Source of the DNA: Bacteroidales bacterium
GTDB lineage: Bacteria > Bacteroidota > Bacteroidia > Bacteroidales > UBA1402
Direction of reading: 5' to 3'
DNA: 64,000 nt
Assembly: GCA_028709215.1 (NCBI GenBank)
Contig: JAQVXI010000002.1
Location: 12,212-76,211, forward strand
Shown here in pieces: positions 38,488 through 48,860 of this stretch; position 1 is the stretch's first letter, and each line of letters starts with the position of its first letter. The notes under the pieces are model-generated. The model was given only the letters and a program-made list of their open reading frames with translations. It was not told the origin of the DNA and did not search any database. Both the position numbers and the translations under genes were made by a program.

Positions 38488-40602
38488 ATGGCAACCCTAC
38501 AGGCAATTCGAAACAGAGCTGTACTGCTGACTGTAATCATCGGTCTTGCTCTTTTTGCTTTTATTATCGGAGACTTTTTAAACTCCGGATCAACCTTATT
38601 TCAACAATCCCAGGAAAAAATTGCAGTTATTGGTGATTCCAAATTGGATTACAGGGATTACGAAGCGCGCATCCAGGAGATGGAAAGTGTGTACAAGATT
38701 CAAACGGGTCAAACCAGCATTGATGATGTCGTTGCCGGTCAAATTCGGGAATCTGTGTTTGAATCCATCGTACGTGAGCGATTGCTGGATGAACAAGCCG
38801 CTTTATTGGGTGTGAGCGTGAGCAGTAAGGAGTTGTTTGATATGTTGAACGGACCCTCGGTTCACCCAACCGTACAACAGTTGCCTATTTTTGCCAATCC
38901 GGAAACCGGACGTTTTGATCGTGCTGTTATGATGCAGTTTTTGCAGACCATTCAACAAGACGACCTGTCCATGTTTCCTGCCGATGCACAAGCTCAGATT
39001 AAAGAATTAAAAGCCTATTGGCTGTTTTGGGAAAACAACCTGAAATACCAGCGCATGGATGAAAAGATCAATGCGATTTTGGAAAAGGCTGTTCAGGCCA
39101 ATTCGTTGGATGCTCAGATGGCATTTACGGAGCGCAACACAACGTATAGTTTCGAGTACGCGTTTCAACCCTATAGTACCTTGCCCGATTCCTTGTTTAA
39201 GGTTTCTTCTTCAGACTTGAAGAAGCGTTACAGTCAGGATCGGAATCGTTTCAAACAACAACCGCATCGTTCGGCAAAATATGTTTTGGTTACCGTAAAT
39301 CCCAGTGAAGAAGATTTCCGGAAAGTGGAAGATCAAATCAATCAATTGCGTTCCGATATTGAAACAGCAGACAATGTATTTGCTTTTGCCAAAGCCAATA
39401 CGGACGATACCTACCCAGAAGTGTTTGTTTCAAATACCCTGTTTGATCCGAGTCTTACTGCATTTTTGAATGCTGCCTCGGTAGGGGATTATCTTGAGCC
39501 TGTTTTTGAAGCGGGTGTTTATCGAACCGGTAAGGTGGTTGATCAGACTACAGCTCCGGACTCGGTACGCGCACGTCAGATTGTATTGCCGGTTGACGGC
39601 CAAAGCAAGGCGGATAGTTTGTTGAAGGTTTTGCAGTCGGGTGCCGATTTTGATGCGCTTGCTGCGGAGCATTCGTTAAACAAAGGAAATTCCGACATGG
39701 GTTGGTTCCGTGAATTGGATGCACAGCAAATGGGTGCTGATTTTCTGGAAAAAAGTTTTTCCACTCCCTTGAATGGTCTCTTTATTCATGCGTCACAATA
39801 TGGCATAAGTCTGGTTCAGATCACGGATCGTACGGCTCCCGTCGCTAAATCAAAAGCTGCGATTATTGCATTGAAGGTGCTTCCCAGTTCAGAAACGTAC
39901 AGCAAACATTACAACGATTTGAACCGAATTCTTGCAGAGAATCAAACCGCCGACGCCTTCTTTAAAGCAGCTGAAGCGTCAAATTACTCCGTACAATCCG
40001 CACCGTTTCTACGATCAACAGATCAGACGCTGGCGGAGATTCCACAAATGCGTCAGGCCATTCGTTTTATTTTTAATTCCAATCTGGGTGATTTATCCGA
40101 TATTTTGGAAAACAACAACAATCAGTTCCTGATTGCGGGTGTTACGGATGTACAGGAAGGTGATTTTCAATCGTTGGAAGCCGTATCCTCTACGTTGACT
40201 CGTGAATTGATCAACGAACAAAAAGCAGAGAAATTGGCTGCCGAGATGAAGAATCAATCGACTCAGTCCATACCGGAAGTTGCACAAGCGTTGAATGCAC
40301 GTTACGACACGCTTCGATTTGTTAACGAGGCCATGCGTCGGATCAGCCCGCTGGGTGAAGAACCCGCATTGATTGCTGCTGTCAGTCAAACGGAGGTGAA
40401 TGCAGTAGGGCCGATTGTAAAAGGGAAGAACGGTGTCTATTTGTTCCGTGTGCTTAGCAAGGAACAAGGCCAACAGGAATTGAATATTGCTTCGGAAAAG
40501 GAGAGCTGGAATCAGAATCAGATGTATCGTTTGGTTTATCAAAACTACGATGCCGTACGCAAAGCTGCAAACGTTGAAGACAATCGGATTCGTTTCTATT
40601 GA
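38488..40602 (+). CDS. ppiD: PpiD-like SurA-N / parvulin peptidylprolyl isomerase
   Basis: MATLQAIRNR, N-terminal TM, FDALAAEHS...GDMGWF, ends IRFY. Confidence 0.9.
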   Translation: MATLQAIRNRAVLLTVIIGLALFAFIIGDFLNSGSTLFQQSQEKIAVIGDSKLDYRDYEARIQEMESVYKIQTGQTSIDDVVAGQIRESVFESIVRERLLDEQAALLGVSVSSKELFDMLNGPSVHPTVQQLPIFANPETGRFDRAVMMQFLQTIQQDDLSMFPADAQAQIKELKAYWLFWENNLKYQRMDEKINAILEKAVQANSLDAQMAFTERNTTYSFEYAFQPYSTLPDSLFKVSSSDLKKRYSQDRNRFKQQPHRSAKYVLVTVNPSEEDFRKVEDQINQLRSDIETADNVFAFAKANTDDTYPEVFVSNTLFDPSLTAFLNAASVGDYLEPVFEAGVYRTGKVVDQTTAPDSVRARQIVLPVDGQSKADSLLKVLQSGADFDALAAEHSLNKGNSDMGWFRELDAQQMGADFLEKSFSTPLNGLFIHASQYGISLVQITDRTAPVAKSKAAIIALKVLPSSETYSKHYNDLNRILAENQTADAFFKAAEASNYSVQSAPFLRSTDQTLAEIPQMRQAIRFIFNSNLGDLSDILENNNNQFLIAGVTDVQEGDFQSLEAVSSTLTRELINEQKAEKLAAEMKNQSTQSIPEVAQALNARYDTLRFVNEAMRRISPLGEEPALIAAVSQTEVNAVGPIVKGKNGVYLFRVLSKEQGQQELNIASEKESWNQNQMYRLVYQNYDAVRKAANVEDNRIRFY

Positions 40603-40628
40603 TTGAATTTATTTTACCAATACTTTTT

Positions 40629-40657
40629 AAAACGGGGTGCACGCATCCCGTTTTTTT
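40629..40657 (+). terminator. Terminator after ppiD
   Basis: AAAACGGGG-TGC-ac-GCA-TCCCGTTTT plus T run. Confidence 0.7.
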
Positions 40658-40669
40658 GTCCAATAGGAT

Positions 40670-41692
40670 ATGGAAAAATTTGAATTATTAGGCAAAAGAT
40701 TGCCAGAGTTAAAAGCTTGGGTGCATGAAGCCGGATTGCCGGCATTTACAGCCGGGCAATTGTTTGACTGGATGTATAAGAAACGTGTATTTCATTTTGA
40801 AGAGATGAGCAATCTCTCAAAAAAAACACGTCAGTATCTTCAAGAGCATGCAAACATTTATCATAAAGAACCCATTCTATCTGCAAAAGCGTTGGATGGA
40901 ACGGTGAAATATTTGTTTTCCTCCTTCAATGGAGGAACCATTGAAGCGGTGTATATACCGGATCGAACACGGGCAACCTTGTGTGTGTCTTCTCAGGTGG
41001 GATGCAAAATGGCCTGTTCTTTTTGCATGACCGGACGCATGGGCTTTACGGCTCAGCTACAAGCGGAAGAAATACTCAATCAGGTGCTGGCAATTCCAGA
41101 ATCCTTGGAACTGACCAATGTGGTTTTTATGGGTATGGGAGAACCGTTGGATAACGTCGATGAAGTGCTTCGTGCCTGTGATACACTGGTTGCAGAAGAA
41201 GCATTGGCTTGGAGCCCCAAGCGCGTAACGGTATCTAGTATTGGAGTCTTACCCGCCTTGGATCGATTTTTACGTGAGAGCAAATGCCACGTTGCCATCA
41301 GTCTGCATACGGCAGATTCTGAACAACGTGCAAGTTGGATGCCGACCGAAAAGGCTTGGCCCATTGCGGAAGTGGTGGAACGTTTGAAGCAGGAGGACTT
41401 TTCCGGACAACGCAGGCTTTCATTTGAATACATTGTTTTTAAAGGGTTAAACGACGATCGTGCACATGCTGATGCTTTGTTGCAGTTGATTAAAGGTCTG
41501 GAGTGTCGTGTGAATCTCATTCGATTTCACAAAATACCCAATACACCCTTTGCGACGACCAATGAGTCGACCATTCAAGCGTTTGCTGAATATATGAATT
41601 CAAAGGGTGTGATCACGACGATACGTCGGTCTCGGGGAGAGGACATTCAGGCAGCTTGTGGATTGCTGTCTACACAGCAACGGAAAAAATAA
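40670..41692 (+). CDS. rlmN: 23S rRNA/tRNA m2A methyltransferase (radical SAM)
   Basis: CVSSQVGCKMACSFC, VFMGMGEPLDN, RRSRGEDIQAACGLL. Confidence 0.97.
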   Translation: MEKFELLGKRLPELKAWVHEAGLPAFTAGQLFDWMYKKRVFHFEEMSNLSKKTRQYLQEHANIYHKEPILSAKALDGTVKYLFSSFNGGTIEAVYIPDRTRATLCVSSQVGCKMACSFCMTGRMGFTAQLQAEEILNQVLAIPESLELTNVVFMGMGEPLDNVDEVLRACDTLVAEEALAWSPKRVTVSSIGVLPALDRFLRESKCHVAISLHTADSEQRASWMPTEKAWPIAEVVERLKQEDFSGQRRLSFEYIVFKGLNDDRAHADALLQLIKGLECRVNLIRFHKIPNTPFATTNESTIQAFAEYMNSKGVITTIRRSRGEDIQAACGLLSTQQRKK

Positions 41693-41754
41693 ATTGTCCA
41701 TTTTTGGCAGATGTTGCCGCTGTTTTTTGTAAATTGCAGGAAATTTTGTCAGTT

Positions 41755-42750
41755 ATGAAACGCATTCGATCCACGTTTGTTTTGCTTTTGTTCGTGTCAC
41801 TAGCCTTGCTCTCCTGTAAGCGTCAGGGCAAGGGAGCGTTGCCCGCCGGAACCGGTGCACCCTGGGATATTCTTGTTGTCATCAATAAGGTTGACTGGGA
41901 AGCGGATCATGGACGAGCCTTGTTTGATGTGCTGAATGAGGATATCTACGGTTTGCCCCAGTCTGAACCCTTTTTTAAAATATCCCGAATTGATGAGCCT
42001 GATTTTAAAGGCATCTTGCGTCCGGTTAAGAACATCATTCTGATCGATATCGCATCCATCTATACCAAGCCAAATTTTCAATTCTCAAAAGATGAGTGGG
42101 CAACCGGGCAATCCCTCTTAAAGATTGTAGCACCCAACGACACGAGTTTTGCGCGGTATGTTCGTGAGAATCGTAGTATAATACAAGATTATTTTGTACG
42201 TGCAGAATTTGAGCGTTCCATTGAATATCATAAGAAAAAGCACAACCGTAGTTTTTCCAAAGAGATTCAGGAGAAGTTCGGTTGTTATATGTATGTGCCC
42301 GATGACATGAACGTTTCAAAGAAGGAACCGGGATTTTTCTGGGCATCCAACGGCCAATCCGGCAATCGAATGGATTTGGTTGTCTATACGTATCCATATA
42401 CAGAAAAAGAAACCTTTACGGCGGATTTCCTGATTAATAAGCGGGACTCTGTAATGAAACGGTATATACCCGGAGGCCCTGAAGGATCCTACATGACCAC
42501 ACAAAAACTCATTCCGCCTTCGTTTAAGAGTTTTACCTATAAGGGTGTCTACATGACTGAGCTTCGAGGCATGTGGGAGGTAAAAGGCGATATTATGGGT
42601 GGACCGTTTGTGAGCATCAGTCGCTTGGATACCGATCAACAGCGGGTAATAACAGCAGAAGTTTTTGTGTACGCACCGGAAAAAAATAAGCGTAACTTAT
42701 TGAGACACATCGAAGCGACACTATACTCAATGGATTTTAACGTACAATAG
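41755..42750 (+). CDS. DUF4837 family lipoprotein
   Basis: Lipobox LLSC; GLPQSEPFF, RGMWEV..DIMGGPFVS; conserved position after rlmN. Confidence 0.8.
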   Translation: MKRIRSTFVLLLFVSLALLSCKRQGKGALPAGTGAPWDILVVINKVDWEADHGRALFDVLNEDIYGLPQSEPFFKISRIDEPDFKGILRPVKNIILIDIASIYTKPNFQFSKDEWATGQSLLKIVAPNDTSFARYVRENRSIIQDYFVRAEFERSIEYHKKKHNRSFSKEIQEKFGCYMYVPDDMNVSKKEPGFFWASNGQSGNRMDLVVYTYPYTEKETFTADFLINKRDSVMKRYIPGGPEGSYMTTQKLIPPSFKSFTYKGVYMTELRGMWEVKGDIMGGPFVSISRLDTDQQRVITAEVFVYAPEKNKRNLLRHIEATLYSMDFNVQ

Positions 42751-42752
42751 GC

Positions 42753-43856
42753 ATGGCAGAACGAATCGATGAAGCAAAACCCATTCGGGTTGGCATTACC
42801 CAGGGAGACATGAACGGTATCGGCTTTGAGGTTATTTTAAAGACCTTGGCGGATGCGCGCGTGTATGAAGATCAAGCCGTGGTGCTTTACGCATCGCCCA
42901 AAGTGGCGGCATACCATAAGAAGGCATTGGATTTGAATACCGTCAATATTGTAACCGTTGCTTCGGCACAGGATGCAATGGTGGGCCGGATTGTCCTGGT
43001 CAATTGTGTGGACGATGATGTAAAAGTGGAGTTGGGACAATCAACAGAAATGGCCGGTCGAGCGGCTTTTCAGTCTTTGGACAAAGCAGTTTCCGATTTG
43101 AAAGCCGGTTTGATCGACGTCCTGGTTACGGCACCCATCAATAAACAGAATATTCAATCGGAGCAATTTCATTTTCCCGGACATACGGAATTTTTGGAAA
43201 AAGCAGGTGGCGACGGTCGTTCGGCATTGATGATCATGGCCAGTGAACAGTTACGCATCGCTGTTGCTACGGGGCATGTACCCCTACAACGCGTATCGGA
43301 ATCCTTAGACGTAGCCGGTCTCGTCAAAATTATTCGAAATTTCAATCAGGCTTTGCAAGTGGATTTTGGGATTCGTAAACCAAGGCTGGCTGTATTGGGT
43401 TTAAATCCACATGCGGGCGATCATGGAGTGATTGGTACGGAAGATGACGATGTTGTCGCTGTGGCCATTAAAAAAGCACAGGATAACCATGTGTGTTGTT
43501 TTGGTCCCATGTCTGCGGATGGGTTTTTCGGATCGGGAGATTACAAACGATTTGATGCCGTGTTGGCGATGTATCACGATCAGGGTTTGATTCCTTTTAA
43601 AACTCTGTGCATGGATCGTGGCGTCAATGTTACGGCTGGTTTGCCCTTTGTACGCACCTCTCCGGCTCATGGAACGGCCTATGCACTTGCCGGAAAGAAC
43701 GAGGCCTCAGAAGCATCGTTTCGTGAGGCTTATTACATGGCTTGCGATATTTTTAGAAACCGTCAATTGCATCTGCAGCTATCAAAAAATCCCTTGCGAA
43801 GACAAAACGTGATACAGAGTGGTGAATTGGATGAATTGACTGTGGATGTAGAATAA
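42753..43856 (+). CDS. pdxA: 4-hydroxythreonine-4-phosphate dehydrogenase
   Basis: TQGDMNGIG, TAPINK, GHTEFL, GLNPHAG, AMYHDQGL, RTSPAHGTA. Confidence 0.96.
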   Translation: MAERIDEAKPIRVGITQGDMNGIGFEVILKTLADARVYEDQAVVLYASPKVAAYHKKALDLNTVNIVTVASAQDAMVGRIVLVNCVDDDVKVELGQSTEMAGRAAFQSLDKAVSDLKAGLIDVLVTAPINKQNIQSEQFHFPGHTEFLEKAGGDGRSALMIMASEQLRIAVATGHVPLQRVSESLDVAGLVKIIRNFNQALQVDFGIRKPRLAVLGLNPHAGDHGVIGTEDDDVVAVAIKKAQDNHVCCFGPMSADGFFGSGDYKRFDAVLAMYHDQGLIPFKTLCMDRGVNVTAGLPFVRTSPAHGTAYALAGKNEASEASFREAYYMACDIFRNRQLHLQLSKNPLRRQNVIQSGELDELTVDVE

Positions 43857-45074
43857 ATGCGTATGGATATTCAAGCAGTTAAACAACGGTTTTCAATCAT
43901 AGGAAATGCACCTGAGCTCAACCGAGCCATTGATATTGCTGTACAAGTCGCACCAACCGACTTGTCTGTGCTGATCACCGGTGAAAGTGGTGTAGGTAAG
44001 GAGAGTTTTCCACAAATCATCCATCAGTTTAGCCACCGCAAACATGGTGCCTATATTGCTGTCAACTGTGGTGCAATACCTGAAGGAACGATTGATTCAG
44101 AATTGTTTGGTCATGAGAAGGGATCGTTTACCGGTGCCTTGGCCGATCGAAAAGGCTATTTTGAAGTAGCAGACGGAGGAACCATTTTTTTGGATGAAGT
44201 TGGAGAATTACCCTTGCCGACTCAGGCGCGTTTGTTGCGTGTATTGGAAACGGGGGAGTTTATTCGTGTGGGGTCATCCAAGGTGATGAAAACCAATGTC
44301 CGCATTGTTGCTGCCACCAACATACACATGACGGAAGCCATTCAGAACCATCGCTTTCGTGAAGATCTGTATTATCGTCTCAATACCGTCCCCATCAGCG
44401 TACCTCCTTTGAGGGATCGTCCGGAGGACATCCATCGTCTGTTTCGAAAATTTGCGGTTGATTTTGCCGAGAAGTATCGAATGCCTGTGATTCAATTGAG
44501 TGAGGAAGCCCGTCAAATGCTGATATCCTATCGATGGCCCGGTAATGTGCGTCAGCTAAAAAATATAACGGAACAGATCTCCATTATCGAACAGCAACGG
44601 GATATTTCGGCAGAAGTGATGCAGAACTATTTGCCCGATTATCAATACGACAAACACCCCATGCTGTATCGGGGGAATCCTTCTTCCGAAGAGCACTCGT
44701 TTAAGAACGAACGTGAAATCCTATATCAAGTTTTATTTGATATGAAAAAGGATATGAACGAGTTGAAGTTGTTGGTAAACGACATCATGAAGAAACAATC
44801 GAAGGATTCACCCATTCTTCATGATACCGATTTTAAAAGTTTTTCCGCCTTAATGCATACCGAAAAGCCGGTTAAGGAGACGCATACGCATGCGCCCAAT
44901 ATTCAGGATACCGAAGCGTATGTTGAGGAGTCGCTTTCTCTTGAGGAAATGGAAAAAGAAGCCATACGCAAAGCACTGGAACGAAACAGCGGAAAGCGCA
45001 AGCTCGCTGCCAATGAATTAAACATCTCCGAACGGACGTTGTATCGGAAGATTAAAGAGTATAATATAGACTGA
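43857..45074 (+). CDS. Sigma-54-interacting AAA+ activator (no receiver domain) with Fis-type HTH
   Basis: GESGVGKE, ELFGHEKGSFTGA, FLDEVGEL, WPGNVRQL, ISERTLYRKIK. Confidence 0.94.
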   Translation: MRMDIQAVKQRFSIIGNAPELNRAIDIAVQVAPTDLSVLITGESGVGKESFPQIIHQFSHRKHGAYIAVNCGAIPEGTIDSELFGHEKGSFTGALADRKGYFEVADGGTIFLDEVGELPLPTQARLLRVLETGEFIRVGSSKVMKTNVRIVAATNIHMTEAIQNHRFREDLYYRLNTVPISVPPLRDRPEDIHRLFRKFAVDFAEKYRMPVIQLSEEARQMLISYRWPGNVRQLKNITEQISIIEQQRDISAEVMQNYLPDYQYDKHPMLYRGNPSSEEHSFKNEREILYQVLFDMKKDMNELKLLVNDIMKKQSKDSPILHDTDFKSFSALMHTEKPVKETHTHAPNIQDTEAYVEESLSLEEMEKEAIRKALERNSGKRKLAANELNISERTLYRKIKEYNID

Positions 45075-45075
45075 G

Positions 45076-45588
45076 ATGCGTAGATTAACGAAGTTTTGGG
45101 TTCTGGCGGCCTGCTGTCTTATGGCAACAGCCTGTACGGTTCAATACAAATTTAATGGTGCATCCATTGACTACAATCGTATTAAAACGCTGGCGGTTCA
45201 GGATTTTCCGAATCAGGCTGTTTTGGTTTACCCTCCCTTATCACAGCTTTTTACGGAGTCTCTTAAGGATCTGTTTTCAAGACAGACCAAACTGAGACTG
45301 ATTGAACGCGACGCACATCTAGCCTTAGAAGGAGAGATTACCGGCTATGAATTGACTCCGATGGCCGCTCAGGCAGATGGCTATGCCGCAGAAACGAAAT
45401 TGACGGTCACTGTTCGCGTTCGTTTTACCAACAACGTGGATCCCGACGAGAGTTTTGAGCAAACCTTTTCTGCGTACCGCATGTTTGATGCAGTGTATAT
45501 GTTGGAGGATGTTCAGGATGCTCTACTAGAGGAAATTAATAAAGAAATCGCCGAGGCAATTTTTAATAAAACCGTAGCCAATTGGTAA
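45076..45588 (+). CDS. lptE: LptE family lipoprotein
   Basis: Lipobox ATAC; YKFNGASIDY, LTVTVRVRFTN. Confidence 0.8.
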   Translation: MRRLTKFWVLAACCLMATACTVQYKFNGASIDYNRIKTLAVQDFPNQAVLVYPPLSQLFTESLKDLFSRQTKLRLIERDAHLALEGEITGYELTPMAAQADGYAAETKLTVTVRVRFTNNVDPDESFEQTFSAYRMFDAVYMLEDVQDALLEEINKEIAEAIFNKTVANW

Positions 45589-46281
45589 ATGGATGATCGA
45601 ACGCTCATACAGTGGTATTCGGATCCTTTGCAAATGGATCGTGATTCCGTAGAAGCTTTGCGCAACATGGTAGAGACCTATCCCTGCTTTGCAGCGGCTC
45701 GAATGTTGTATGCAAAAGGTTTGTCCTTGCTGAATGATCTGCGTTTTCCTGCTCAATTGGAGAGGACGGCCATTTCTGTTCCGGATCGGAATCGTTTGTT
45801 CGAATTTGTTGAGCGTAGTCCTTGTGCGCTTGATCCGGAGCAGACCACACATTTTGAGACCGCTTCGTTTGGTTTGATTGATCGCTTTTTGGAAAATTCA
45901 AGTAGCGATTCGGCGGTGTTGCCCGACTTGGATTATGTCGAGTCTTTAAGCATCCATCCGACTCAGGACGTGCAAAGCGCGGTGCCGGCCATGTCCGGAC
46001 AAGCATGGATCGATGCGTACTTGGAAAAATCCCACGTGCGGACTCCCTTGGATGCCGGATCAGGCGAGGATCATTCCCTGACCGATTTGGATGCAGTGGA
46101 GGGTTTACCGGAGGCCGGGTTTACCGAAACATTGGCTCAAATATATATAAAGCAGAAACGATTTGATCGAGCGCTGGAAATTATCCAAAGTTTGCGTTTG
46201 AAATATCCGGAAAAAAATGTTTACTTTGCAGACCAAATCCGATTTCTGGAGAAACTGATTACTAATACGAAAAATAAATAA
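45589..46281 (+). CDS. Conserved hypothetical protein with C-terminal TPR-like motif
   Basis: YPCFAAARML; TETLAQIYIKQKRFDRAL...YPEKNVYFADQI. Confidence 0.75.
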   Translation: MDDRTLIQWYSDPLQMDRDSVEALRNMVETYPCFAAARMLYAKGLSLLNDLRFPAQLERTAISVPDRNRLFEFVERSPCALDPEQTTHFETASFGLIDRFLENSSSDSAVLPDLDYVESLSIHPTQDVQSAVPAMSGQAWIDAYLEKSHVRTPLDAGSGEDHSLTDLDAVEGLPEAGFTETLAQIYIKQKRFDRALEIIQSLRLKYPEKNVYFADQIRFLEKLITNTKNK

Positions 46282-46285
46282 GAAC

Positions 46286-46639
46286 ATGTACGTATTTTTG
46301 ACCATCTTAATTTTTCTGGCAGCCATTCTGCTTACATTGATTGTTCTGGTACAGAACTCAAAAGGAGGAGGCTTGGCTTCCGGTTTCTCATCGTCAAATC
46401 AGGTCATGGGTGTACGCAAGACGACGGACTTTCTTGAAAAGTTTACATGGACGCTGGCGGGAACGGTTGCTGTTTTAAGCATCATTTCTGCAGGTTTTGT
46501 AAAAGATGCTCAAGACGTACAACAAGGTTCTGCCATTCAACAGGAAGTGTTGAACGCGATTCCGACCGATCCAAACACCGTTATGCCGAACTTTGACAAT
46601 CAAGTACAGGGAGAAACTGCCGAAGTTCCGGCGAATTGA
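46286..46639 (+). CDS. secG: Preprotein translocase subunit SecG
   Basis: VLVQNSKGGGLASGF, GVRKTTDFLEKFTW. Confidence 0.96.
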   Translation: MYVFLTILIFLAAILLTLIVLVQNSKGGGLASGFSSSNQVMGVRKTTDFLEKFTWTLAGTVAVLSIISAGFVKDAQDVQQGSAIQQEVLNAIPTDPNTVMPNFDNQVQGETAEVPAN

Positions 46640-46660
46640 TTGCGGTGAAATGAACTGTAT

Positions 46661-46688
46661 AGGGAATCTTTCCGGGTTCCCTTTTTTT
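46661..46688 (+). terminator. Probable terminator after secG
   Basis: AGGGAAT...GTTCCCT imperfect stem plus T7. Confidence 0.6.
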
Positions 46689-46714
46689 GTTTTCGTCAAA
46701 ACCTAGACACATCC

Positions 46715-47857
46715 ATGCGCACTTGTTTGTTTCTACTCTTATCGATCCTGTTGCTGGTGTCCTGTGGCAATCAGCAGCCAAAGGATCTTGCGCGAGCCGG
46801 TGCGGATGCGCCGGTTTCTGAGTTGTCGTTAAAACATGCCAAAGGGTTTTCGGTGGTCGATTTTGCAAACTACCGTCGAGTGGAAGTGTACGATCCCTGG
46901 CAAGAAGGGTTGATCATGGGGCGCTATTATTTGGTTTCCGAAGCAACTATTCCAACGCCTGCGGATGGGCAGCGCATCGTTGTCCCAATTAAGCGAATGG
47001 TAACGGGTTCAACCACACATTACGGGTTTCTTTCCAGGTTGAATCAATTGGAGTCGGTTGTTGGCGTCTGCGACGGCAAACGCATCTTTCAACCGCATCT
47101 GAGAGCCGGTGTGGCCAGCGGATCCATTGTGGATTTAGGAGATCCGTTCCAAATGGATGTGGAAAAATGTATGCTGTTGAATCCGGATTTGATTATGGTC
47201 TCTGGATACAATCAAATGGATGAACACACCAAGCGCCTGATGTCTTCCGGGCTTCCGGTCGTTTTAAACAACGAGTGGATGGAGCCTACCTTGTTGGGTC
47301 GAGCCGAATGGATCTACTTTATTGCTTGTTTTTTTAATCAGATCGATGTAGCCAAAGCCTTGTTTGATGATACCGAACGTCGGTATGTTGCATTACAACA
47401 GCGCGTTCTTAATGAAGTCGGTCACAAACCAACGGTTTTGTCCGGTGATAATTTTCGGGGAACATGGTATCAGCCGGGTGGACGCAGTTATACAGCCCAA
47501 TTGATCCGAGATGCCGGCGGGTACTATCCATACCAGGCGGATTCCAGTCGCGGAAGCATTCCCATGTCATTTGAACGTGTGTTTTTTGACTTGAAGAATG
47601 CCGATGTATGGGTTGGAGTGACCAATGGAAAAACCAAATCGGAATTGTTACAGAACGAACGGCGGTATGAAGGTTTTAAGCCCTTCCAGTCCGATCGGAT
47701 GTACGCTTATACCAATCGGATCACCGAAGACGGAGGAAATGATTTTTGGGAAATGGCAGTCGCCAGTCCCGATGGCTTGTTGGCCGATTTCATTCATTTG
47801 TTTCACCCCGAACGTTTACCGAACCATACGTTCTTATACGTTAAAAAACTCCCATAA
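46715..47857 (+). CDS. Cobalamin/iron-siderophore ABC substrate-binding lipoprotein (BtuF-like)
   Basis: Lipobox LVSC; EWMEPTLLGRAEWI, PGGRSY..QLIRDAGG, GGNDFWE. Confidence 0.85.
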   Translation: MRTCLFLLLSILLLVSCGNQQPKDLARAGADAPVSELSLKHAKGFSVVDFANYRRVEVYDPWQEGLIMGRYYLVSEATIPTPADGQRIVVPIKRMVTGSTTHYGFLSRLNQLESVVGVCDGKRIFQPHLRAGVASGSIVDLGDPFQMDVEKCMLLNPDLIMVSGYNQMDEHTKRLMSSGLPVVLNNEWMEPTLLGRAEWIYFIACFFNQIDVAKALFDDTERRYVALQQRVLNEVGHKPTVLSGDNFRGTWYQPGGRSYTAQLIRDAGGYYPYQADSSRGSIPMSFERVFFDLKNADVWVGVTNGKTKSELLQNERRYEGFKPFQSDRMYAYTNRITEDGGNDFWEMAVASPDGLLADFIHLFHPERLPNHTFLYVKKLP

Positions 47858-47858
47858 T

Positions 47859-48860
47859 ATGCATCGCCTCAAGTTTCTTTGGCTCGTTGTGCTTACGTTG
47901 GTCCTGTTTGTTGCAGACCTCGTATTGGGGAGTGTATCGATTCCGTTAAAAGAACTCCCTTCTGCGCTTTTTTCGAATGAATCGGAGGCCGTCTACCGAG
48001 AGATCCTTTTGCAGTTTCGTCTGCCAAAGGCATTGACAGCCGTCATGGCCGGAGCCGGATTGTCTGTAGCCGGATTGTTGATGCAAACCTTGTTTCGAAA
48101 TCCGTTGGCCGGGCCGGATGTACTTGGCGTAAATGCGGGTGCGGGTTTGGGTGTTGCTTTGACCACCTTATTGGCTTCGGGGGCGGGAGGTGTGCTGCTC
48201 AGTTTGGGTAGTTGGGGCTTGGTTACTGCTGCCATTTTGGGTGCCATCGTAGTCTTGTTGTTGGTTTTGTTGACCTCGTTTCGAGTGCCGGATTTGGTTA
48301 CTCTATTGATTGTAGGGATGATGTTTGGCTATATTGGAAGTGCGCTGGTCAGTGTGTTGCAAAGCTTTAGCAATCCCGATACGCTAAAGATTTTTATTGT
48401 CTGGACGTTTGGTAGTTTAAGTGCCGTGTCATGGGATATGATGCCGGTTCTGGCTGTGGTTATTGCGTTGGGTTTGTTGCTGTCGTTTGCGTGGATCAAA
48501 TCCTTAAATGCCTTGCTGCTGGGTGAATCCTATGCCATCGGATTGGGTGTTTCTGTAAAACGAGTTCGATGGGTGATTCTGGTTGCTACAGCCTTACTCG
48601 CCGGAGGAATCACTGCATTTGCCGGCCCTATCACATTTATAGGCATCACTGTACCGCATATGGCCAGAGGTTTATTTCGCACTTGGGATCATCGCATTGT
48701 GATGCCGGCGAGCATGCTGTGTGGATCGGCTTTGCTGCTGTTGTGTGATATGTTGGCTCAGCTGCCCGGTATGGGTGGGACGGTTCTACCCATCAATTCA
48801 GTTACGGCCTTGTTTGGCGCTCCAATGGTTATTTGGATTCTGTTAAAAAACAACAAGTAA
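47859..48860 (+). CDS. FecCD/BtuC family ABC permease
   Basis: FRLPKALTA, MQTLFRNPLAGPDVLGV, GPITFIGITVPH. Confidence 0.92.
   Translation: MHRLKFLWLVVLTLVLFVADLVLGSVSIPLKELPSALFSNESEAVYREILLQFRLPKALTAVMAGAGLSVAGLLMQTLFRNPLAGPDVLGVNAGAGLGVALTTLLASGAGGVLLSLGSWGLVTAAILGAIVVLLLVLLTSFRVPDLVTLLIVGMMFGYIGSALVSVLQSFSNPDTLKIFIVWTFGSLSAVSWDMMPVLAVVIALGLLLSFAWIKSLNALLLGESYAIGLGVSVKRVRWVILVATALLAGGITAFAGPITFIGITVPHMARGLFRTWDHRIVMPASMLCGSALLLLCDMLAQLPGMGGTVLPINSVTALFGAPMVIWILLKNNK

Noticed and set aside
46640-46714. Possible cobalamin riboswitch upstream of the BtuF-like gene (contains CGGTGAAAT and GGGAA)
   Set aside because: Only 75 nt, the elements are in the wrong order, and GGGAA belongs to the secG terminator stem
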